From an uncultured Chloroflexia bacterium (lineage in GTDB: Bacteria > Chloroflexota > Limnocylindria > QHBO01): a DNA stretch of 64,000 bases. Below the pieces are notes generated by a model, which worked only from the letters and a program-made list of their open reading frames with translations, was not told the origin of the DNA and did not search any database. Numbering within the stretch: the first letter of the stretch is position 1; each line of letters starts with the position of its first letter. Where the stretch lies: assembly GCA_963787025.1 (NCBI GenBank), contig CAWBBG010000011.1, forward strand, positions 61,862 to 125,861, in the 5' to 3' direction. Shown here piece after piece: positions 55,060 through 64,000 of this stretch. The position numbers were made by a program, and so were the translations under genes.

Positions 55060-55814
55060 TGTTCGACCTGGGTGGCAAGGTCGCGCTGGTCACCGGGGGC
55101 AGCCGAGGGCTGGGCCGCGCCATCTCCCTGGCCCTGGCTGGCCAGGGAGCCGACGTCGCCGTCAACTACCGTGGAAACGCGGCGGCAGCGGATGACGTGG
55201 TGGCCGCCATCGCCGCCCTCGGGAGACGGGCGGTCGCCATCCAAGGAGACACCTCCGGCGGTCGGGAGGCGTGCGAAGCGATCGTCCGGGCTGCCATCGA
55301 CACGTTCGAGCGGGTCGACATCCTGGTCAACAACGCGGGCATCACCCGGGACAACCTGCTGGTGCGGATGAACGAGGCCGAGTGGGACGAGGTGATCGCC
55401 ACCAACCTGTCCGGCCCGTTCTGGATGTGCCGCGCAATCGCCCGGCCGATGATGAAGCAGCGCTCCGGTCGAATCATCAACATGAGCAGCGTGGCCGGCC
55501 GAATGGGCAATGCCGGCCAGGCGAACTACGCAAGCGCCAAGGCGGGGCTCATCGGCCTGACCAAGACGGTCGCGCGCGAGCTGGCCAGCCGCGGGATCAC
55601 GGCCAACGCCATAGCTCCTGGGCTGATCGACACGGAGCTGACCGCCGACCTGCCGGCGGCCGCACGCCAGTTCGTGGTGGACACCACGCCGCTCGGGTAC
55701 GTGGGGAGCGTCGAGGACGTGGCCGCGGCGGCGGTCTACTTCGCCTCGGACGAGGCCCGCTACGTCACCGGGCAGGTCCTTGGCGTGGACGGCGGCATGA
55801 TGATGGGCCTCTAG
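55056..55814 (+). CDS. fabG: 3-oxoacyl-ACP reductase
   Basis: SDR: TGGSRGLGRA, NNAG, YASAKAG. Confidence 0.9.
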   Translation: MMFDLGGKVALVTGGSRGLGRAISLALAGQGADVAVNYRGNAAAADDVVAAIAALGRRAVAIQGDTSGGREACEAIVRAAIDTFERVDILVNNAGITRDNLLVRMNEAEWDEVIATNLSGPFWMCRAIARPMMKQRSGRIINMSSVAGRMGNAGQANYASAKAGLIGLTKTVARELASRGITANAIAPGLIDTELTADLPAAARQFVVDTTPLGYVGSVEDVAAAAVYFASDEARYVTGQVLGVDGGMMMGL

Positions 55815-55889
55815 GGGCTTTTTGCGGGCCGGATCTCGCTGCGTACACTGTAGGCAGCCCAGTCGCCCTGAATCACACGAGGAGAATCC

Positions 55890-56318
55890 ATGCAGCTGCG
55901 CACTCTGCTGCGCCCCAAGCGGCGCGTCCACGCTCACTGCGACGTCCCATGCGGCGTCTACGACCCCGAGCAGGCCCGGATCGAGGCCGAGTCCTGCTAC
56001 AGGATCATCGAGAAATATCACGGCAGCACCGATGATCTCTTCCGCGCCCGATGCATCGTGGCCAAGGAGGAGCGCGCCGAGCTCGCGAAGCACCACATCG
56101 ACGTCCTGTGGAGCGACTACTTCAAGCCCGAGCACGTCGAGAAGTTCCCGGACCTGCAGGAGACCTGCTGGAAGGCCGCCAAGGCGGCGTCCAGGGTCAA
56201 GCAGACGACCGACCTGGAGGCGGCGAAGGACCTGCTGTCGCTGATCGACAAGATCGACGACATGTGGAAGGCGACCGGCGGTCCGGAGAAGACGCGCCTC
56301 AACGGCCGCCCCTCCTGA
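55890..56318 (+). CDS. sodN: nickel superoxide dismutase precursor
   Basis: Pro-peptide MQLRTLLRPKRRVHA followed by the Ni-hook HCDVPCGVYDP. Confidence 0.85.
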   Translation: MQLRTLLRPKRRVHAHCDVPCGVYDPEQARIEAESCYRIIEKYHGSTDDLFRARCIVAKEERAELAKHHIDVLWSDYFKPEHVEKFPDLQETCWKAAKAASRVKQTTDLEAAKDLLSLIDKIDDMWKATGGPEKTRLNGRPS

Positions 56319-56337
56319 TCTGATCTCCACCGGACCA

Positions 56338-56805
56338 ATGTCCACGCAGAGGGGCCGACAACGGCCCCTCTTCTCGTCATTGGCGCGCGGCGTCGCGCTG
56401 GGCGCCGGGCTCGCCGTGGCCGGTGCCGCGCGGCGCTGGGTCGACGTCGTGGAGGTCCAGGGCGGATCCATGGCGCCGACCCTGCGGGCAGGCGACTGGC
56501 TCGTCATCGAGCGTCGCACCTACGAACGCCGCGCGCCGCGCGTCGGCGAGGTCGTGCTGGCGCGCGACCCGCGCGATCCCTCGCGCGAGCTGATCAAGCG
56601 TGTCGCCGCCGTGGACGTGGAGGCGGGAACGGTGGAGCTCCGCGGGGATGCCCCCGATGCGAGCACCGACTCGCGCGACTTCGGCGCGGTTCCGACGGCG
56701 AGCGTTCGGTGGCGCGCGGTGGCCCGCTACTGGCCGGTCGATCGCCTGGGCCGGCTTCGCCCTCCCGGCAGCCGGGTGAGCGGCACCCCGCAATACGAGG
56801 GGTAG
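56338..56805 (+). CDS. sodX: S26-family signal peptidase, Ni-SOD maturation protease
   Basis: SGSMAPTL (Ser nucleophile) and LIKRV...GD motifs; immediately downstream of sodN. Confidence 0.8.
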   Translation: MSTQRGRQRPLFSSLARGVALGAGLAVAGAARRWVDVVEVQGGSMAPTLRAGDWLVIERRTYERRAPRVGEVVLARDPRDPSRELIKRVAAVDVEAGTVELRGDAPDASTDSRDFGAVPTASVRWRAVARYWPVDRLGRLRPPGSRVSGTPQYEG

Positions 56806-56810
56806 CATGA

Positions 56811-56836
56811 GCGCATAGCAGGGAGGTGCGCTATGC
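56811..56836 (+). promoter_or_regulatory. hairpin GCATAGC-(AGGGAGGTGC)-GCTATGC enclosing the SD and start codon of the SRPBCC gene
   Basis: 7-bp inverted repeat seen directly; the loop is the AGGGAGG SD and the 3' arm contains the ATG. Confidence 0.3.
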
Positions 56837-57297
56837 CACAGGGGCAGCGCTCGGTCACCATCCAACGACCCGTCAAGGCCGTATTCGCCTTCTTGGCTGA
56901 CGGCGCGAACTTGCCTCGATGGCGCCCGGGGGAGATTGTCGTCGAGCCTGTAGCGGGACAAGGTGTCGGAACAACCTACAGGCAGGTCATCAGCGGGCCG
57001 CTGGGCAGGCGCGTCGCGGCCGACTACGTGATCACCCAGTTCGAACCGGATCGCCTCATCGAATTCCAGACCACCGCCGGTCCGACCCGATCGCACGGAA
57101 CGTACGAGCTCGAGCCTGAAGACGGGGTCACGCGGCTGAACTTCTCGCTCCAGGTGCGACTGGGCGGGTGGAAGGCCCTGTTCCTGGGTTCAGCCGTGGC
57201 CAGGACCATGGAGGCGGAGATGGCCGCCCTCGACACGCTGAAGGAGATCCTGGAGAGCCAGCCGCCGGCCGAGTCGGGTCCGATACCGGAGGGCTAG
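56833..57297 (+). CDS. SRPBCC (START/Bet v1-like polyketide-cyclase-fold) family protein
   Basis: 154 aa with fold-family pattern (VKAVFAFLADGANLPRW). Confidence 0.65.
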   Translation: MPQGQRSVTIQRPVKAVFAFLADGANLPRWRPGEIVVEPVAGQGVGTTYRQVISGPLGRRVAADYVITQFEPDRLIEFQTTAGPTRSHGTYELEPEDGVTRLNFSLQVRLGGWKALFLGSAVARTMEAEMAALDTLKEILESQPPAESGPIPEG

Positions 57298-57665
57298 GCG
57301 CAGCCGCAGAGGCCGGCGACGGCCTCCACGCAGTCCGTGGTGTCGGGCGGGAGCATGATCACGTCGTCGCCGGCCTCGGCCCCCACCAGCCAGTCCGCAC
57401 CCGCGGCGGGACGCACCGCGACGTGCGCCGTGGCGGCCCGCTCGCGCAGGAAGTCGACGACCGGTCCCAGCCCCGCGTCGCCGTACTCGCGGCGAACCGC
57501 ACCGGTGTCCACGATCACGAGCCCGGGCTGTCGCAGGACGACGGCCTGGTGGAGACGCGCCGCATCGTTGTAGAAGAAGGCGATGGCGCCGCTCAGCCGT
57601 GCGTCGAGGCTCGCGGCCAGCTCGCGGTCGCGGGTGAGGCAGTAGACGATCGTTTCAGCCGGCAT
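57294..57665 (-). CDS. hypothetical protein (receiver-like alpha/beta pattern, C-terminal CGCA)
   Basis: 123 aa, strong GC3 bias; convergent 4-bp overlap with the upstream gene end. Confidence 0.45.
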   Translation of the reverse strand: MPAETIVYCLTRDRELAASLDARLSGAIAFFYNDAARLHQAVVLRQPGLVIVDTGAVRREYGDAGLGPVVDFLRERAATAHVAVRPAAGADWLVGAEAGDDVIMLPPDTTDCVEAVAGLCGCA

Positions 57666-57784
57666 CGGGTGCCAAGCGTAGCATCCGCACCGCGCGCGTC
57701 CGGCACGCGCACGGTGGCCAGCGCCGCGGTCCCGCCGGCAGGCGCCGTCTTGGAGACCTGGCGTTCAGGCCCTACCATCACAGC

Positions 57785-57976
57785 ATGAAGCGAACGATCG
57801 TTGCCATGGTGGTTGCCGCTGCGGCACTGGCATCGGCCTGGATCTTCCTCTCGGTGGACGCCGGCTCGCATTCGGCGTCGGACACCCTGTACGGAAGCGT
57901 GGTTCCCATCGGCCTGGTCTGGCTGGTCGCCCTGGCCCTGCTCGCGACGACCGCACGTACAATGAAGCGCCCATGA
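57785..57976 (+). CDS. hypothetical small membrane protein (63 aa, 2 TM)
   Basis: ATGA overlap with the deoC start suggests translational coupling; candidate TTGGAG-N17-TACCAT promoter upstream. Confidence 0.35.
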   Translation: MKRTIVAMVVAAAALASAWIFLSVDAGSHSASDTLYGSVVPIGLVWLVALALLATTARTMKRP

Positions 57977-58934
57977 GCAGCGCACCCGTCGTTCACGACG
58001 CCACCCGGGATCTGACGACCGGGCGCCACCAGGCGCTCGGGTCGCTGCTGGGTCGCGTCTGGGCGGTCGACCAGGTGGGAGTGGAGGAGCGAGCCGCCAG
58101 CCTCGCCAAGCGCAGCATCAAGGGTGAGGCGAAGCTCTGGGCGCTTGACCTCGTGATCCGGATGATGGACCTGACCACCCTCGAGGGGAAGGACACCCCG
58201 GGCAAGATCCGGGCGCTCGCCGGAAAGGCCATTCGCCCCGACCCCACCGATCCGAGCATCCCGAGCGTCGCTGCGCTCTGCGTCTACCCCAACATGATCT
58301 CGACCGCGGTGGCCGCGCTGCAGGGGAGCGGGGTGAAGGTCGCCTCCGTGGCGACCTACTTCCCGTCCGGCGCTGCACCGCTCGATGTGAAGCTCGCCGA
58401 CGTGCGCGACGCGTTGGCCCTGGGCGCCGATGAGATCGACATGGTCATCGACCGCGGCGCCTTCCTGGCCGGCGAGTACGGCCGGGTCTACGACGAGATC
58501 GTGGCGGTCCGCGAAGCCTGCGGCGAGACGCACCTCAAGGTGATCCTCGAGACCGGGGAGCTGGAGACGTACGACAACGTGCGGCGTGCGTCGGTCCTGG
58601 CCATGGCCGCCGGCGCGGACTTCATCAAGACCTCCACCGGCAAGGTCCAGCCCGCGGCCACGCTGCCGGTCACCCTGGTGATGCTCGAGGCGATCCGCGA
58701 CTTCCACGCGCAGACCGGCCGGGCGGTGGGCATGAAGCCGGCGGGCGGGATCCGCACCGCCAAGCAGGCCATTGCCTACCTCACCGTCCTGTACGAGACC
58801 CTGGGGCCGCGACTGGATGACCCCAGACCGCTTCCGCTTCGGCGTCATCCTCCCTCCTGAACGACGTGCTGATGCAGATCCGCAAGGAGCGAACGGGCCG
58901 GTACTCGGGCCGCGACTACTTCACCATCGACTGA
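57973..58934 (+). CDS. deoC: deoxyribose-phosphate aldolase (long form); two indels near 58800-58835 break the 3' end
   Basis: Schiff-base Lys region GADFIKTSTG; C-terminal conserved tail (DWMTPDRFRFG | ASSLLNDVLMQIRKERTGRYSGRDYFTID) only recoverable in other frames. Confidence 0.8.
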
Positions 58935-58938
58935 GCGG

Positions 58939-59637
58939 ATGGTGAGCGCTTCCCCGTCGGTGCCGGGGGTCGAGGTCGAACCCGGGACGGTCGTCGTCTT
59001 CTCGGACCTCGGCTGTCCGTGGGCGCACGCCGCAGTCTGGCGGCTGCACCGGGCCCGGCGCCGTCTGCGCCTGGCGGAAGCCGTCCGCTTCGACCATCGC
59101 GCCTTCCCGCTGGAGCTGTTCAACTCGCAGCCGACCTCGCGTCCGGGCAGCGGGCAGCTCGCAACCTGCATGGAGCTCGCCCCTGGCGCTGGCTGGCAGC
59201 CATGGTCCGCACCCGATGGGGCCTGGCCGGTGACCATGCTGCCGCCGATGGAGGCGGTGCAGGCCGCCAAGGAGCAGTCGTTCGCGGCATCGGAGGAGCT
59301 GGACATCGGCCTCCGCCGCGCATTCTGGGGTGAGAGCCGCTGCATCAGCCTGCGGCACGTGATCCTCGAAGTCGCCTCGCAGTGCGAGAGCGTGGACCTC
59401 GCGACCCTCGCGGATGCGATCGACTCGGGTCGGGCGCGACGCCGGATCTTCGAACAATGGGAGGTCGCCAAGACGGACGCGGTGCGTGGCTCCCCGCATC
59501 TCTTCGCCGCCGGCTTCGATGCGGAGAACCCCGGGCTGGAGCTCGACTGGCGCGAGGAGGACGGCGAATGGGTGCCGACCATCGTGCGGGACGAGACGGC
59601 GATCTACGAGCAGATCATGCGTCGCGCCGCCGGCTGA
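58939..59637 (+). CDS. DsbA/FrnE-like thioredoxin-fold protein with a single-Cys CPWA motif
   Basis: VVVFSDLGCPWAHAAVW; DSBA-like fold. Confidence 0.6.
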   Translation: MVSASPSVPGVEVEPGTVVVFSDLGCPWAHAAVWRLHRARRRLRLAEAVRFDHRAFPLELFNSQPTSRPGSGQLATCMELAPGAGWQPWSAPDGAWPVTMLPPMEAVQAAKEQSFAASEELDIGLRRAFWGESRCISLRHVILEVASQCESVDLATLADAIDSGRARRRIFEQWEVAKTDAVRGSPHLFAAGFDAENPGLELDWREEDGEWVPTIVRDETAIYEQIMRRAAG

Positions 59638-59684
59638 TCGGCGCCGGATCTCACGCATGGCGCGTCCGCCGCGTTTCATCTGAC

Positions 59685-60158
59685 GTGCAGCTACCGCCCT
59701 TCCAGATCCTGGTCGACGCGCATGCGGGAGAGCTCCATCGGTTCCTGGTCGCCTCCATCGGTGTCGGCGACGCGGAGGACTGCCTGCAGGAGACGCTGCT
59801 CTCGGCGCTGCGCGCTTACCCGCGACTGCGGGACGGAGCGAACCTGCGGGCCTGGCTCTACACCATCGCCCAGAACAAGGCGACGGATGCGCTGCGCCGC
59901 AGATCCCGCCGCCGGACCGAGCGCCTGGACGGCATGGGGCGGCTGGAGCCGTCGGAGACACCGCACCAGTCGGCCGACGACGCGCTCTGGGAGGCGGTGC
60001 GCGCGCTCCCCGCGAAGCAGCGGGCAGCGGTGGTGCACCGGTTCGTCTTCGACCTGGCGTACCGGGAGATTGGCGAGCGCATCGGGTGCACGGAGGAGGC
60101 GGCACGCCAGAACGTGGCCGCGGGACTGAAACGACTGCGCCAGGAGGTGAACCGATGA
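59685..60158 (+). CDS. ECF-family RNA polymerase sigma factor
   Basis: Region 2 (DAEDCLQETLLSALRAYPRL...LRAWLYTIAQNKATDALRRR) and region 4 (LPAKQRAAVVHRFVFDLAYREIGERIGCTEEAARQNV); GTG start. Confidence 0.75.
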   Translation: MQLPPFQILVDAHAGELHRFLVASIGVGDAEDCLQETLLSALRAYPRLRDGANLRAWLYTIAQNKATDALRRRSRRRTERLDGMGRLEPSETPHQSADDALWEAVRALPAKQRAAVVHRFVFDLAYREIGERIGCTEEAARQNVAAGLKRLRQEVNR

Positions 60159-60769
60159 GCGAGCTCGAGAAGCGGCTGGCGGCTGCCGGCACCCGTACGC
60201 CGCCGCTGGATGCGGACCGCCTCATCGCGGGATTCCAGCGCCACGCGGCGGAGTCCGGGCTCCTCGACGTCGCCTATGCGTCGCTCGACTCGCCGCTGGG
60301 AGCGCTCCTCGTGGCCGTGACGCCGCGCGGACTGGTGCGGATCGCCTACCCGGGCGAAGAGGAGGAGCGCGTGCTGGAGGAGCTGGCTGCGGGCGTCTCG
60401 CCGCGGGTGCTTCGCGCGCCGGAACGCACCGACGCGGTGCGCCGCGAGCTGGACGACTATTTCACCGGCCGCCGGCGCGCGTTCGACGTCCCGCTCGACT
60501 GGTCGCTGGTCCACGGCTTCGCCGTGAAGATCCTGCGTGCCACCGCCCGTGTGCCGTTCGGGTCCGTGGTGACCTACGGCCGGGTCGCCGCGGAGGCGGG
60601 CTCCCCGCGGGCCGCCCGGGCTGCCGGCAATGCGCTCCACGGCAACCCGATCCCCATCGTGGTGCCCTGCCACCGGATCGTGCCCGCGTCCGGCGGGCTG
60701 GGCGGATACGGTGGCGGCCAGGAGCGCAAGCGCTACCTCCTCGACCTCGAGGGCATCCATCCCGCGTGA
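60155..60769 (+). CDS. ogt: methylated-DNA--protein-cysteine methyltransferase
   Basis: ATGA overlap with the sigma gene; active site IPIVVPCHRIV, HTH region. Confidence 0.85.
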   Translation: MSELEKRLAAAGTRTPPLDADRLIAGFQRHAAESGLLDVAYASLDSPLGALLVAVTPRGLVRIAYPGEEEERVLEELAAGVSPRVLRAPERTDAVRRELDDYFTGRRRAFDVPLDWSLVHGFAVKILRATARVPFGSVVTYGRVAAEAGSPRAARAAGNALHGNPIPIVVPCHRIVPASGGLGGYGGGQERKRYLLDLEGIHPA

Positions 60770-60791
60770 GGGTGCGATAATCGGCGGCGAC

Positions 60792-62307
<1,516 letters not shown>

Positions 62308-62311
62308 ACCC

Positions 62312-63292
62312 ATGCCGCCTCGTCGCACGGCCACCGCGCAGCGCACCCGGAGCGCCTCTGTCACGCAGGCTCGCACGGCGGCGCCGCTGGCAAGGACCAG
62401 CAGCTCGCGGCCCGCGGACCGGATCGGGGTGCGCAAGACCTACAAGCTGTACATCGGCGGGCAGTTCCCGCGGACGGAGTCCGGCCGCGCCTACGAGGTC
62501 TTCGATGCGCGCGGCCGGCTGCTGGCCAACGCCTGTCGCGGCACGCGCAAGGACATCCGCGAGGCGGTGCGTGCGGCGCGCAAGGCCCAGTCCGGCTGGG
62601 CGGCGAGGACCGCGTTCAACCGCAGCCAGATCCTCTACCGCATCGCCGAGCTGATGGAGGGGCGCCGCGAGCAGTTCATCGACGAGGTGGTCGCCGCCGA
62701 GGGGGTCGGGCGCCGCCGCGCCGCCCGCCTGGTGGACGCGGCCATCGATCGCTGGGTCTGGTATGCCGGCTGGGCCGACAAGTACAGCCAGGTGATCGGC
62801 TCGGTGAACCCGGTCAACGGAAGCTACTTCAACTTCAGCGTCCCGGAGCCCACCGGAGTGGTGGGGGTCATCGCCCCGGAGGGGTCGAGCCTGCTGGGGC
62901 TCGTCTCGCGCCTGGCCCCGGTGATCGTGTCGGGGAACGCGGCGGTCGTCATCGCCAGCGAGTCGCGGCCGCTCCCCTCGGTGACCCTCACGGAGGTGCT
63001 CGCCACGTCGGACGTGCCGGGCGGTGTCGTGAACCTCATCACCGGGTTCCGCCGCGAGCTCGTTTCGCACCTCGCAGGGCACATGGACGTCAACGCCCTC
63101 GACGCCTTCGGCCTGGCGCCTGCCGAGTCCGCGGCCGTCGAGGAGCTCGGGACGGAGAACGTCAAGCGCATCGCCCGCCCGCCGGCGGAAGGGCTCGACC
63201 GCTACGACTGGCTGGCCGAGACGGCGCAGTCACCGTACCTGGTTGGGCTCTTCGTCGAGATCAAGACGGTCTGGCATCCCATCGGCGCCTGA
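62312..63292 (+). CDS. ALDH-family paralog truncated after the ELG region (no catalytic Cys); probably non-catalytic
   Basis: KTYKLYIGGQF ALDH start, cofactor-binding region, EELGTENVK (ELGGK-like), then ends; N-terminal 40 aa low-complexity, start uncertain. Confidence 0.6.
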   Translation: MPPRRTATAQRTRSASVTQARTAAPLARTSSSRPADRIGVRKTYKLYIGGQFPRTESGRAYEVFDARGRLLANACRGTRKDIREAVRAARKAQSGWAARTAFNRSQILYRIAELMEGRREQFIDEVVAAEGVGRRRAARLVDAAIDRWVWYAGWADKYSQVIGSVNPVNGSYFNFSVPEPTGVVGVIAPEGSSLLGLVSRLAPVIVSGNAAVVIASESRPLPSVTLTEVLATSDVPGGVVNLITGFRRELVSHLAGHMDVNALDAFGLAPAESAAVEELGTENVKRIARPPAEGLDRYDWLAETAQSPYLVGLFVEIKTVWHPIGA

Positions 63293-63303
63293 TCGGACCT
63301 GCC

Positions 63304-64000
63304 CTAGAGCCAGCCGCGCCGCCGGAAGAAGAGGACCAGGGCCACGAGCATGAGCGCCATGGTGATGACCACGCCCCAGAAATAGGCGGGCGCGCGCGGA
63401 TCCCCCGGGAACCCCAGGTTCATGCCGAAGAACCCGGTCACCAGGTTCAGCGGCAGGAGAATGACGGTCACCGCGGTGAGGATGCGAAGGACGTCGTTGA
63501 GGCGGTGCGACAGGACCGACTCGTTCGTGCTCTCCAGCCCCTCCACGGACTCCATGAAGTTCTCGAGGACATCCCAGATGCGCTCCGACGCGTCGGTCAG
63601 GTCGTCGAAGTAGAACTCCAGCTCCTCGGGCAGGTACCGCTGCTTCGCGCGCTCGAGGTCCCGGAAGACGAGCCGCTGGGGCCGGATCACGGCGCGGAAG
63701 TTGATGATCTCCTGCTTGGCGTTGCTGATGTCTCGCACGATCTCCCGGCTGCGCCCCTCGAAGATGTCGTCCTCGATGCGGCGCAGCTTGCGGCCCATCT
63801 GCTCCAGCATGGGGAACCCGGCGTCGACGCAGCGGTCCAGGATCTCGTACAGCAGACGGCCGGAGCCGTGGCTCATGATCTCCGCGCGGAAATCGTCGTG
63901 CGCCTGGGCCCGCTCGAAAACGGCGCGAAGCGGCGGGATCTGCTGGTTCGGCAGGGTGATGACGTAGTCGGGGCCCATGAAGACGTCGAGCTCGGCAGCG
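63304..64000 (-). CDS. corA: CorA-family magnesium/cobalt transporter (C-terminal part; 5' end probably beyond the window)
   Basis: GFFGMN signature and 2 C-terminal TM helices; frame open to the window end. Confidence 0.75.
   Translation of the reverse strand, partial: AAELDVFMGPDYVITLPNQQIPPLRAVFERAQAHDDFRAEIMSHGSGRLLYEILDRCVDAGFPMLEQMGRKLRRIEDDIFEGRSREIVRDISNAKQEIINFRAVIRPQRLVFRDLERAKQRYLPEELEFYFDDLTDASERIWDVLENFMESVEGLESTNESVLSHRLNDVLRILTAVTVILLPLNLVTGFFGMNLGFPGDPRAPAYFWGVVITMALMLVALVLFFRRRGWL

Noticed and set aside
55815-55889. Possible intrinsic terminator after fabG (GGGGCTTTTTGCGGGCC)
   Set aside because: Contains a T-run but no convincing complementary stem

Overview
This is a chromosomal segment from a high-GC bacterium (about 70% GC). 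The GC-rich codon third positions are consistent with an Actinobacteria- or Chloroflexi-like lineage, but the taxon cannot be assigned from sequence alone. I call about 70 genes, almost all housekeeping, and many adjacent genes overlap by ATGA/GTGA/TGATG junctions.

From start to end the window contains:
- A glycerol/dihydroxyacetone block (dhaK', dhaL, glpK, dhaM, plsY, pgsA, glpABC).
- A TetR-regulated ABC-2 exporter.
- The rpsU–yqeY–pgpH–ybeY block, then amt, an FAD oxidoreductase, pth and mfd.
- A GNAT gene, then an SdpR/SdpI-like module with a YxlE/F/G-like ABC exporter.
- acnA, apt, a GNAT gene, ahcY, metK and proC.
- A GDP-mannose cluster (manC, an acyltransferase, pmm, pgi/pmi).
- A cobalamin riboswitch in front of btuFCD, then an AI-2E transporter, trpS and birA.
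- An ECF sigma/anti-sigma pair.
- A complete acc/fab supercluster (accD, accA, a lysine-less BCCP paralog, fabD, accC, fabZ, fabF, accB, fabH, fabG).
- sodN–sodX (Ni-SOD and its maturation peptidase), an SRPBCC gene, deoC, a DsbA-like gene, an ECF sigma–ogt pair, two tandem ALDH-family genes, and a partial corA.

I found no tRNA, rRNA, CRISPR array, transposase, integrase or phage gene, and no unambiguous novel multi-gene system. Most of the >300-codon reading frames antisense to conserved genes are GC-composition artefacts and are not called.

The strongest observations are:
- A non-biotinylatable BCCP paralog (the biotinyl-Lys is replaced by Arg) inside the acc/fab cluster, beside a canonical accB.
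- Frameshifts that are strongly clustered rather than scattered: at least 7 in mfd and at least 8 across birA and the adjacent ECF sigma gene. Single frameshifts also interrupt glpA, metK, pmm, fabF, an ALDH, and there are two at the 3' end of deoC. Because birA and metK are essential, local consensus errors are as likely as real gene decay.
- An arsR–sdpI–PLD_N–ABC module with a perfect palindrome at the arsR start.
- Palindromes upstream of amt.
- An ECF sigma gene translationally coupled to ogt.

All coordinates for frameshift sites and small regulatory elements are approximate (about ±10 nt).
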